From the IMG/VR virus record IMGVR_UViG_3300042673_002211, positions 1 to 64,000 of that record: 64,000 bases of DNA; one strand, given 5' to 3'. Below, piece after piece: positions 1 to 9,019 of the stretch. Each line of letters begins with the position of its first letter. Within the stretch, counting starts at the first letter, position 1. A program made the position numbers and the translations under genes. The notes beneath the pieces are model-generated. The model saw only the letters and a list, made by a program, of their open reading frames with translations. It made no database searches and was not told where the DNA came from. The DNA comes from a virus.

Positions 1-2
1 CC

Positions 3-2645
3 ACAGGTGGGCTCCCTCAATATCTACTTAAAAAAATACAACTACTCAGAAACGAGTACGATATCTACTTGGTTGAATGGTCTAATCATAGTGGAGGTTT
101 TTTTGTTGTACAGCGAGATCAACTAATTGAACTTTTAGGAGATAAATTCTTTGAGATAGGAGAAGATAAAGGGAATTTATTTTACATAATCTCCTCAATT
201 AGACCCGATATTATTCATTTAGAAGAATTTCCTGAATTTTTTATGGATTCTTTTATAGCTAAACAACTCTATAAACAAAATAGAACGTATGCTATAGTAG
301 AAACGTCTCATGATAGTTCGTTTACTCCCGAACAAAAACAGTTCTTCCCCGACCATTATGCATTCATATCGGAATGGCATATGAACCAGTATAGAAACGA
401 TACTATACCAAAATCCACTGTATACTATCCCATAGAATATAAGAAACGACCAAATAGAGCAGAAGCTTTAAAGGAGCTAGGACTTGATCCTTTAAAAAAA
501 CACGTGTTGCATGTTGGATTATTTACCCCTAGAAAAAACCAAGCAGAGTTTTTTGAATACGCCCGTAAATTCCCTGATGTAGAATTTCATTGTTTAGGTA
601 ATCAAGCAGGCAATTTCCAGCACTACTGGCAACCTCTAATGGAAAAGAAACCTATAAATGTTTACATTTGGGGAGAAAGAAAAGACGTAGATAATTTCTA
701 CAGGGCAGTAGATCTGTTTTTGTTTACCTCTAAGGGTACCATTAACGATAAGGAAACAATGCCTTTAGTTATTCGTGAGGCCTTATCTTGGAGACTACCT
801 ACTCTAATCTACAATCTCCCAGTTTATATGAATTACTGGGATCAGTTTAAAACTATAGAATATTTAGATTTTGCTAGCTTTAACAGCAACGTAGCTAAAA
901 TCGCTAAAACACTAGGGATAGAAGAAAAACAGATAGATATTAGCAAAGAAGCATTTATAATTTCTACTTACCCCCTAACAGATTCTGTAATACAAACCAC
1001 TAAAGAATGTATTAGGGCAGTTAAACAAACTGGTCGTAAGGTTATCTTGACATCTCATATCCCAATCCCACTTGAATTAAGCAACGAGGTAGATTATTGT
1101 ATAAATGATAATAATAATATTTTAACAAAACATACCTTCTATAGTAATTCATGGATGCAAACCTCCAATTATAAGGCTAATGTTAACCTAAGAGGAGAGA
1201 ATAACGACGTTTACCATGGCCCAGCATGCTATACTAATTACTATAACGGAACTGCTTTAGCTAAAAGTTTAGGTTTTAAAAAAGTATACTTACTTAACTA
1301 CGACTATATCTTAAAAGATGCTACCTACATTGATAGGATAAGCGGAGTTTTAGATAAAAAAGATGCATTTTTAGGGACTGATGAGGCCCTAGAGGGTAAA
1401 CAAGTTGTAACTTGGTTTGCAGCATTCAAACCTGATTTATTTTTAGATTTACCTAAAGTAGAGGTAGCCCAAGATTATGATAGTTTGATGCAATTGTGGG
1501 GTGCTGAATCAAACGGGTACGAAAATCTAATGTATCATGCCTTCAAAAACACAGATAATATACATTGGGAACCCAAAGAAAATTTTTACAAGTATACCCA
1601 AGAAACATTTACTCATAAAGACTATTCAAGGGTAGAATATTTTACAGTACTACCTAGTACACGTAAAAACGAAATAGTACCATTTGTTCAAATATCAAAC
1701 AGCAACGACAGTAGAACAATCAAGTATATTTTAGAAAAAAATGGTGAAGTTATAAAACAGCAAGAATATGCTGTTATTAATAAATTCCACACTTACGATG
1801 CTATACCCTACTTAGAAGAAGATGAATTTAAAGTTATCTTTGAAGTATATGATTTACATACCGGAGACTTTTTAGAGAGTAAAGAAATTTTTATAGACAA
1901 ATACTATAGAGATACTAAATTACATAACAATGGTTTGTTTGAATGGTTTGAACCTAAAATCAAACTAATGCATTTGGTAACTGAACCTCAAACAAATCCA
2001 AAAGAAATCCGTTCAATCGAAAACGTAAAAGATTTTTGTGAAAAAACTGGTATTGTGTATGAGCAACGTGTAAACGAGATTTGGAAAGAAATCCCACCAA
2101 CAGAAAACTGTGCGCGACCCTCTGAGGTACAAGACAAACCAGGATACTATAAACTAGCTCCGGGCCATTATGGATGTTATCTAGCTCATAAAAACGCGTT
2201 ATTAGCGCAAGACAATCCCCAATACGACTACATCCTAATATTTGAGGGTGACGTTATTATAGACAGTGACTACGCGGAATTGTACGAGTCACTTAAGCGC
2301 TTTACACGATTATCTAAACAAACAGACATGGATATTATCGGATTTGGCAATCCATGGCAAAACAGGAATTTAAACGGACCTAAAGTAGAAGACATTTACA
2401 CTGATACTACTCCCTTTATACCAGCTCAATCCTATCTTATAAACCAAGATAAAATAGAAAAGATAGTAGATCTAATTAATTCAACACCTTGGGATGCTTT
2501 TGATCTATGGGTTTGTAATGTAGCTAAATTGAGGGTAGGAATAGCAGAAAAAATCTACACTAAACACCTTCCGGGATTCAGCATAATAGAGCAAGAGTTT
2601 AAAGGAACAGATGAGAATAGTCCCTTAATATACGCGGCTGAATGA
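3..2645 (+). CDS. multidomain glycosyltransferase (GT4/GT-B N-terminal, GT25-like C-terminal), 5'-truncated by window edge
   Basis: Frame open from nt 3 (TGGLPQYLLKK...), so the true start lies upstream of the window; GT4 motifs HVGLFTPRKNQ and ETMPLVIREAL; C-terminal GHYGCYLAH...LIFEGDV is GT25-like. Confidence 0.8.
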   Translation, partial: TGGLPQYLLKKIQLLRNEYDIYLVEWSNHSGGFFVVQRDQLIELLGDKFFEIGEDKGNLFYIISSIRPDIIHLEEFPEFFMDSFIAKQLYKQNRTYAIVETSHDSSFTPEQKQFFPDHYAFISEWHMNQYRNDTIPKSTVYYPIEYKKRPNRAEALKELGLDPLKKHVLHVGLFTPRKNQAEFFEYARKFPDVEFHCLGNQAGNFQHYWQPLMEKKPINVYIWGERKDVDNFYRAVDLFLFTSKGTINDKETMPLVIREALSWRLPTLIYNLPVYMNYWDQFKTIEYLDFASFNSNVAKIAKTLGIEEKQIDISKEAFIISTYPLTDSVIQTTKECIRAVKQTGRKVILTSHIPIPLELSNEVDYCINDNNNILTKHTFYSNSWMQTSNYKANVNLRGENNDVYHGPACYTNYYNGTALAKSLGFKKVYLLNYDYILKDATYIDRISGVLDKKDAFLGTDEALEGKQVVTWFAAFKPDLFLDLPKVEVAQDYDSLMQLWGAESNGYENLMYHAFKNTDNIHWEPKENFYKYTQETFTHKDYSRVEYFTVLPSTRKNEIVPFVQISNSNDSRTIKYILEKNGEVIKQQEYAVINKFHTYDAIPYLEEDEFKVIFEVYDLHTGDFLESKEIFIDKYYRDTKLHNNGLFEWFEPKIKLMHLVTEPQTNPKEIRSIENVKDFCEKTGIVYEQRVNEIWKEIPPTENCARPSEVQDKPGYYKLAPGHYGCYLAHKNALLAQDNPQYDYILIFEGDVIIDSDYAELYESLKRFTRLSKQTDMDIIGFGNPWQNRNLNGPKVEDIYTDTTPFIPAQSYLINQDKIEKIVDLINSTPWDAFDLWVCNVAKLRVGIAEKIYTKHLPGFSIIEQEFKGTDENSPLIYAAE

Positions 2646-3604
2646 AAATTTGCCAGGTACACCCAGCATGTGGGATAGATGTTCCACCAAAAGATTGGGG
2701 TGCAATCGAAAAGATTGTATGGGAACTACATTTAAACTTTTTAGCGCAAGGACATGAGTCAGAAATCAAATTCGCAACTGAGATTAACCCTGGTGACTTT
2801 GATATTGTTCACTGTCATGTTGGTAATCTAGCAACCATGCTCAGGGAACAAAACGTTCCCTATGTTTTCCAATTACACGATCATCATGCTTATCATTATG
2901 GAAAGGATAGTTATGTTTTTAAAGAAAACATGGAAGCTATAGAGGGTTCTATAATGTCTTTAGTTCCCGCTCGTTATTTGGTAGATTATTTTGACCATCC
3001 AAAAGTACAATACTTTGCTCACGGGGTTAACACTAAAGAATTTTACCCTGTAAAAAAGTCTAAACCCACAGAACCTAAACTACTAATGATAGCCAATAAC
3101 GGATTAGCAGGCAATCCAGGCTTTGATAGGAAAGGATTTACATACGGGATAGCTTTAGCTCAATCTCGTAATTTACCTATAACTGTAGCTGGTCCCTCAA
3201 ACAATAAACATTTTTTTAATAATCATTTATGGACCTTGGCTTACCCAAAGCTTAATATTATATTTGATTTACCAAATAGTAAATTATTAGATTTGTACCA
3301 CCAACACGATATATTTATACATCCTACAATGTTGGAAGCAGGCCACCCAAACCTAACCATGATTGAAGCAGCATCGGCAGGTCTACCAGTTATAGCAGAT
3401 TGGGAATCTAAAACAGATTTTCATGGTGGTTGGAGATCACCCCGCGATATATTTGAAATGGCTAAAGGATTAGACGATATAATAAGTAACTGGGATAGCT
3501 ACAGGCAAAGATGTTCAGATACATCTAAAGAGCTAGATTGGTATAATAGAACAAAAGAATTAGTAGAGTTATATGAAAGAAGTTTTGAAGGAAATTTACA
3601 ATAA
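2642..3604 (+). CDS. GT4 family glycosyltransferase
   Basis: VPPKDWGAIEKIV N-terminal motif; EAGHPNLTMIEAASAGLPVI acceptor/donor motif. Confidence 0.85.
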   Translation: MKICQVHPACGIDVPPKDWGAIEKIVWELHLNFLAQGHESEIKFATEINPGDFDIVHCHVGNLATMLREQNVPYVFQLHDHHAYHYGKDSYVFKENMEAIEGSIMSLVPARYLVDYFDHPKVQYFAHGVNTKEFYPVKKSKPTEPKLLMIANNGLAGNPGFDRKGFTYGIALAQSRNLPITVAGPSNNKHFFNNHLWTLAYPKLNIIFDLPNSKLLDLYHQHDIFIHPTMLEAGHPNLTMIEAASAGLPVIADWESKTDFHGGWRSPRDIFEMAKGLDDIISNWDSYRQRCSDTSKELDWYNRTKELVELYERSFEGNLQ

Positions 3605-4766
3605 TGTAAAGATTTTAGGGTTACCTTACAAGGAATCCAAGAATAGTTTTATATGTCACTTTCTTGAGGGTGCTTTTTTAGAAGTTTTAGGTTCTGAAAA
3701 AGGAGAATATACTGTAAAGTTTATAGATCAAGATAAAGATGAAGTAGTACATGAAAACACTTTTTCAAATAATATGTGGACTCGAACTAACCGTAAATAT
3801 TTTACTAATTGGTTAGTTCAAGTATATGAGGATGACGAATTGGTTTTTGAACACAAATATAACGCTAAAGGTAAACGAGTATACATCCATTTAGATTCAT
3901 CAGCCATTGGGGATACGTTAGCTTGGTTTCCATATTTAGAGGAATTTAGAAAAAAACATAATTGTGAACTTATAGTATCTACATTCCATAATGAATGGTT
4001 TGCTAAAACATATAAAGATATTGAATTTGTAAAACCTAGTACTGTAGTTCATGATTTATATGCAATGTACACTATAGGGTGGTTTTATCAAGATAATCAT
4101 GTAGTTGATTTAGACCGTAATGTACGTGAGTTTAAAAATCTACCTTTAGCCCAAACTTCATCAGACATTTTAGGTTTAGAGTATACTGAAATAAAACCTA
4201 AAGTATATCTAAAGAAAAAACCAAAGTCAATCAAACAAAAATATGTTGTAATAGCTCCACATGCTTCAGCCCACGCTAAATACTGGAACCATCCAGGTGG
4301 GTGGCAACGTGTTATAAACTGGTTAAATGATAATGGTTATAAAGCCGTTATGATTACTAGCGAACCCCTGAACGATGAATGGCATGATTCTAAACTAGGA
4401 GGCACCCTAAAAAATGTAGTCAATAAAACTGGTAATTTACCACTTGAGGATAGGATGAACGATATTATACATGCTTCCGCTTTTATTGGTGTAGGTAGCG
4501 GTTTAAGTTGGTTAAGTTGGGCATTAGGACAAAAAACAGTACTCATTTCAGGATTTTCAGAAACATACAGTGAATTTAAAGATTGTGAACGTATTTTCAC
4601 CCCACCCAATTTATGTTCAGGGTGCTTTAACCGTGAATGGCTAAATCCCGGTGATTGGGAATGGTGTCCTGAACATAAAGATACACCACGCCAATTTGAA
4701 TGTACTAAATCAATCACACCAGATATGGTGATAAAATCTTTACAAAAAGTATTAGATATTTATTGA
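3573..4766 (+). CDS. TibC/Aah-like protein O-heptosyltransferase (GT9-related)
   Basis: SAIGDTLAWFPYLEEF, FIGVGSGLSWLSWALG, LISGFS and the C-terminal CSGCFN...WCPEH...FECTKSI four-Cys motif. Confidence 0.75.
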   Translation: MKEVLKEIYNNVKILGLPYKESKNSFICHFLEGAFLEVLGSEKGEYTVKFIDQDKDEVVHENTFSNNMWTRTNRKYFTNWLVQVYEDDELVFEHKYNAKGKRVYIHLDSSAIGDTLAWFPYLEEFRKKHNCELIVSTFHNEWFAKTYKDIEFVKPSTVVHDLYAMYTIGWFYQDNHVVDLDRNVREFKNLPLAQTSSDILGLEYTEIKPKVYLKKKPKSIKQKYVVIAPHASAHAKYWNHPGGWQRVINWLNDNGYKAVMITSEPLNDEWHDSKLGGTLKNVVNKTGNLPLEDRMNDIIHASAFIGVGSGLSWLSWALGQKTVLISGFSETYSEFKDCERIFTPPNLCSGCFNREWLNPGDWEWCPEHKDTPRQFECTKSITPDMVIKSLQKVLDIY

Positions 4767-4828
4767 ATGTAAATAGTTCTGTTTTTTTAAGGTTGCGTTT
4801 ATTAAGCTGATTTTTGAATAGAGGCTTG

Positions 4829-4837
4829 ATATTTATA
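4829..4837 (+). promoter_or_regulatory. ATATTTATA putative late promoter (tail sheath)
   Basis: Same 9-mer precedes at least 10 genes at 7-60 nt from the start codon. Confidence 0.65.
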
Positions 4838-4860
4838 ATAAAATATAACCTATTACCAAA

Positions 4861-6969
4861 ATGGCAGAAACTTTAGTATCACCCGGTGTTTTAGCAAGAG
4901 AAAATGACCAGTCATTTCTAACTCAATCTCCAGCTACAGTTGGAGCAGCTATCATAGGACCCACTACAAAGGGCCCAGTTGAGATTCCCACAATTGTAAC
5001 CACCTATTCAGATTACATCAATAAATTTGGTGGTGCTTTTATTAGTGGTGGAGATTCCTACTCATTTTTTACAGCATTAACAGCTTATAACTACTTTGTA
5101 AACGGAGGTACTTCACTTTTAGTTGCTAGAGTAGTAAGTGCTTCTGCTACTTGGGCTCCTGCTACTACAGCTGGAACTGGAACTTCAATCACTAATGGAA
5201 TTCTAGCAACGACAGCATCTGTTACAGTTAGTAGTGCTAGTTTAGCTCCTTTTATTACTCCTACTGGATCATTTTCAATTAGCGGAATCACTATTGCTGT
5301 TACTGGAAGTACACCACCTGCAAATACAGCAACAACTATATTTGTAGCTTCAGGTTCAACACCTGCTAATACTGTTACAGCAATTACAACAGCATTTAAT
5401 TTTAGCTCTTCTATAGCTCCTTATAGCTCATCTTTACAATTTATTGTAGCTAGTGCTTCTGGATCTACTGGTTTATTATTTAACACTACATCTTCACAAG
5501 TAGGAACTGCTTTTTTAGCATCAACTTTAAATAATTTTACTTATGTATCTGGAAGTACTACTACTAATTTTAGTGGAGCTACAAATGCCGAATCCCTTGT
5601 TTTAGAAACCCTTTCAGAAGGTGTTATTATGAATAGTTCGGGATCGTTAGATTCTTCTGGAGCTTTAACCAATGGTACTTCAGATAATGTTAGGTGGTCT
5701 ATCCAAAACTCAAACACCTCTTCGGGCACATTTACTTTATTAGTAAGACAGGGTAATGATAATACAAATAACCAAATTGTATTAGAGACTTGGACTAATT
5801 TATCATTAGATCCAACTCAACCAAACTATATTGCCGCAGTAATTGGTGACCAAACTCAAAATTACAACCCATCAACCATCCAGCTTACAACTTCCGGTTC
5901 TTATGCTAATAGATCGAATTATATTAGAGTAAAATCAGTTACCTCTCCAACCCCAGATTACTTTGATAATAATGGTGTAGCTAAATCTTCTTTTACAGGT
6001 TCAATCCCTATAAATGCAAGTAGTTCTTTTGGAGGTGCTACTGGTAACCCCGTAGCAGCAGGTGGAAATAAGTATTACGATACAATTAGTAATACAAACA
6101 CTCAAGGTCTAATAGCAGGTGACTATACTAACATGATTAATTTGTTGGCTAACCAGGATGATTATAGATTTAATTTAATAACAACTCCAGGTTTAGTAGA
6201 TGCTTTCGCTAGTAACACTTCAGCTATTACAAGTATTGTTACAAATACTCAAAATAGAGGAGATAGCATTTACATTCCCGATCTAGTTGGGTATGGTTCA
6301 ACTGTAGGAGCTATAACTTCACAAGCTGCTTCTAGAGATACTTCGTATGCTGCTGCTTACTGGCCATGGTGTCAAGTCATTGACCCAGAAACAGGTAAAA
6401 ATGTTTGGGTACCAGCTTCAGCCCTAATCCCAGGTGTTTATGCTTTCAATGATAGAGCAGCTGATCCTTGGTTTGCTCCTGCTGGAATTAACCGTGGTGG
6501 TTTAGGTCAAGTAATTAGAGCAGAACAAAAACTCTCTCAAGCTAACCGCGATACATTATATACTGGCAAAGTCAACCCACTTGCAACATTCCCAGGAACT
6601 GGAGTTGTAGTGTACGGACAAAAAACATTACAAACTAAGTCATCTGCTCTTGATAGAGTAAATGTACGTAGATTATTAATTCAACTTAAGAGCTTTATTT
6701 CTCAAGTTGCTAATAACTTAGTATTTGAACAAAATACTTTAACAACAAGAAATAATTTCTTATCGATTGTAAATCCATATCTAGAGTCAGTACAACAGAG
6801 ACAAGGTTTATACGCGTTCAGAGTAATTATGGATGATTCCAATAATACTGCGGATGTAATTGATAGAAACCAGCTAATTGGGCAGATCTTCATTCAACCA
6901 ACTAAGACAGCTGAATTCATTTATCTCGACTTCAGTATCTTACCAACTGGTGCAACATTCCCAGCGTAA
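4861..6969 (+). CDS. contractile tail sheath protein
   Basis: SPGVLARENDQS start, AYWPW, PWFAPAGINRG, GQKTLQ...SALDRVNVRRLL, IQPTKTAEFIYLDF. Confidence 0.95.
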   Translation: MAETLVSPGVLARENDQSFLTQSPATVGAAIIGPTTKGPVEIPTIVTTYSDYINKFGGAFISGGDSYSFFTALTAYNYFVNGGTSLLVARVVSASATWAPATTAGTGTSITNGILATTASVTVSSASLAPFITPTGSFSISGITIAVTGSTPPANTATTIFVASGSTPANTVTAITTAFNFSSSIAPYSSSLQFIVASASGSTGLLFNTTSSQVGTAFLASTLNNFTYVSGSTTTNFSGATNAESLVLETLSEGVIMNSSGSLDSSGALTNGTSDNVRWSIQNSNTSSGTFTLLVRQGNDNTNNQIVLETWTNLSLDPTQPNYIAAVIGDQTQNYNPSTIQLTTSGSYANRSNYIRVKSVTSPTPDYFDNNGVAKSSFTGSIPINASSSFGGATGNPVAAGGNKYYDTISNTNTQGLIAGDYTNMINLLANQDDYRFNLITTPGLVDAFASNTSAITSIVTNTQNRGDSIYIPDLVGYGSTVGAITSQAASRDTSYAAAYWPWCQVIDPETGKNVWVPASALIPGVYAFNDRAADPWFAPAGINRGGLGQVIRAEQKLSQANRDTLYTGKVNPLATFPGTGVVVYGQKTLQTKSSALDRVNVRRLLIQLKSFISQVANNLVFEQNTLTTRNNFLSIVNPYLESVQQRQGLYAFRVIMDDSNNTADVIDRNQLIGQIFIQPTKTAEFIYLDFSILPTGATFPA

Positions 6970-6984
6970 AAGTTTCAAACACTA

Positions 6985-6993
6985 ATATTTATA
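6985..6993 (+). promoter_or_regulatory. ATATTTATA putative late promoter (tail tube)
   Basis: Recurrent intergenic 9-mer. Confidence 0.65.
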
Positions 6994-7015
6994 ATAAAAT
7001 AAATAACACAGCAAA

Positions 7016-7504
7016 ATGGCAGTATTAGGTATAAACGATATTTTCTTCACCCCCTTCGAACCTAAAGTTCAGAATAGGTTTATCTTCTCGATTACAGGCA
7101 TCCCCGCCTTTATGATTAAGGGCTTATCAGCGGTAGGCTTCGAACAAGGTGAAATTAAATTGAACCACATCAACATCTATCGTAAAGTAAAAGGTAGAAC
7201 TTCTTGGAATGATTTAACCATGACATTATATGATCCGATCACTCCTTCAGGAGCTCAGGCCGTAATTGAGTGGCTTCGTTTACACCACGAATCAGTAACT
7301 GGTAGAGATGGCTATTCCGACTTCTATAAGAAAGATCCAACTATTCAGATTTTAGGTCCAGTAGGCGATATCGTTTCAGAATGGGTAATCAAAGGAGCTT
7401 TTATTAAAAATGCTAATTTTGGTGAATATAACTGGGACACTGACGCAGGTGCTGTAAACCTTACTGTAACATTAGGAATGGATTACTGTGTATTAAACTT
7501 CTAA
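7016..7504 (+). CDS. tail tube protein (T4 gp19-like)
   Basis: FEPKVQNRF, KVKGRTSWNDLTMTLYDPI, GYSDFYKKD; directly follows sheath. Confidence 0.9.
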   Translation: MAVLGINDIFFTPFEPKVQNRFIFSITGIPAFMIKGLSAVGFEQGEIKLNHINIYRKVKGRTSWNDLTMTLYDPITPSGAQAVIEWLRLHHESVTGRDGYSDFYKKDPTIQILGPVGDIVSEWVIKGAFIKNANFGEYNWDTDAGAVNLTVTLGMDYCVLNF

Positions 7505-7530
7505 TAAAAGTTTACATAAAATTAAATTTA

Positions 7531-7557
7531 AGCTTGGCTATGCCAGGCTTTTTTTTT
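7531..7557 (+). terminator. intrinsic terminator overlapping a TTG-N20-TA promoter
   Basis: AGCTTGGC-TAT-GCCAGGCT followed by a T run. Confidence 0.8.
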
Positions 7558-7572
7558 ACCTTATAGTCTAAT

Positions 7573-7923
7573 CTATAAAGGACAGGTTTTTTAACATCTA
7601 ACACTACTCAAAAATATGGAAACAATATCATTTCTTTTAGGTGTAGCTGCTGTTATTACTGCTGTAATAGTTGTGGTTACGTTTATGAACTATGTGACAA
7701 TCAAAAATCTCATTAAAGATATAAGAAATCTTGAACAGGTTGAACAAAGGTTATACGATCATTCTAACAATCTAGACCAAACCTTCAGGCAGGAACTAGA
7801 AACTATCTACCGTCATATCGACAGTAGGGTGGATAAGCTTGAAGAAAAAACAAAAAACCAGTTAAAGGACATTACTTTAACTAAATCTAATTAATTAACC
7901 CGTTAGAAAACCTCCCTTTATAG
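7573..7923 (+). repeat. imperfect inverted repeat (7573-7595 / 7902-7923) enclosing the 92-aa gene
   Basis: CTATAAAGGACAGGTTTTTTAAC pairs with GTTAGAAAACCTCCCTTTATAG: 21 pairs including one G-U, with one 2x1 internal loop. Confidence 0.85.
7616..7894 (+). CDS. small membrane-anchored coiled-coil protein
   Basis: N-terminal hydrophobic helix then heptad-rich region; has its own promoter-like site. Confidence 0.7.
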   Translation: METISFLLGVAAVITAVIVVVTFMNYVTIKNLIKDIRNLEQVEQRLYDHSNNLDQTFRQELETIYRHIDSRVDKLEEKTKNQLKDITLTKSN

Positions 7924-7959
7924 TATTTATAAACATATAACCGTTATAACAAATAATTT

Positions 7960-8697
7960 ATGAGCGAATTTAAATTCCCAACCGAAATGGTTGAACTACC
8001 CTCAAAGGGTTTCTTTTATCCAACAGATCATCCTCTAAAAGAAGGCAAATTAGAGATGAAATATATGACAGCTAGAGAAGAAGATATCCTAGCTAATGCT
8101 AACTACATTCAACAAGGTATAGTTTTAGATAAATTACTAGAATCCCTTATTGTTAGCCCTAAATTTAATTTAGATGACTTGTTAATAGGCGATAAGAATG
8201 CTTTATTGGTGGCCGCCCGCATTTTAGGATACGGTTCAAATTATACGGTATCTTACGGGAAAAATACACAAACTATTGATTTATCTAAGTTAGAAAATAT
8301 TAATAATGATTTTACTAATTTAACTGAGGAATTAAATGAATTTTCTTACGTGATGCCCGCTACTAGCACTCACATTACTTTTAAGTTATTAACAAGTAAA
8401 GACGAAAAATCCATTGATAAAGAATTAGAAGGTCTTAGAAAAGTTAATCCTAATGCAGGTGAGTTAACTACTCGCTTTCGCTTTATTATCACCTCAGTTA
8501 GTGGTAAACGAGACATGAGTAGTATAATTGACTTTATTGATAATTATTTTTTAGCTACAGATTCAAGAGCATTTAGAGAACACTATAAAAATACTATGCC
8601 AGATGTGGATATGTCCTATGAGGGGGAGGACGGTCGATTTCGTACGATTCCCATTGGACTTGACTTTTTTTGGCCTGACGTCGCAGACCGTCTCTAA
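7960..8697 (+). CDS. tail assembly chaperone / baseplate hub assembly protein (gp26-like)
   Basis: VELPSKGFFYP, MTAREEDIL, LLIGDKNALL, C-terminal DFFWP; between tube and tape measure. Confidence 0.8.
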   Translation: MSEFKFPTEMVELPSKGFFYPTDHPLKEGKLEMKYMTAREEDILANANYIQQGIVLDKLLESLIVSPKFNLDDLLIGDKNALLVAARILGYGSNYTVSYGKNTQTIDLSKLENINNDFTNLTEELNEFSYVMPATSTHITFKLLTSKDEKSIDKELEGLRKVNPNAGELTTRFRFIITSVSGKRDMSSIIDFIDNYFLATDSRAFREHYKNTMPDVDMSYEGEDGRFRTIPIGLDFFWPDVADRL

Positions 8698-8980
8698 TTT
8701 TAGAGCAGCTTTATTTAACGAGATACATGAAATAATATTTCATGGCAATGGTGGTTATGATTACTACACAGTCTATAATATGCCTGTATGGTTAAGAAAG
8801 TTTACATTCAATAAACTCCAGGAATATTATACAAAACAAGCTGAATCTCAAAAACAGCAAACCAAATCCGGAAACACAACTAATGTCATCAATGAAGATG
8901 GTACAGTAAATGCTCCTGAGTTTGCTAGAGTAAGTACTCAATATAATAGTAAAGAACAGAAGGCTCCAAAGTATAATTAA
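8665..8980 (+). CDS. frameshift extension of tail assembly chaperone (+1 frame; ORF track 8603..8980)
   Basis: T7 run at 8665-8671 (TTT TTT TGG) links ...DFF to GLTSQ...; YNMPVWLRKF region typical of the pre-tape-measure product. Confidence 0.7.
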
Positions 8981-8995
8981 ACTTTAGGGCTTTCC

Positions 8996-9004
8996 ATATT
9001 TATA
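8996..9004 (+). promoter_or_regulatory. ATATTTATA putative late promoter (tape measure)
   Basis: Recurrent 9-mer, preceded by an imperfect hairpin at ~8959-8994. Confidence 0.6.
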
Positions 9005-9019
9005 ATATATAATTGAATA

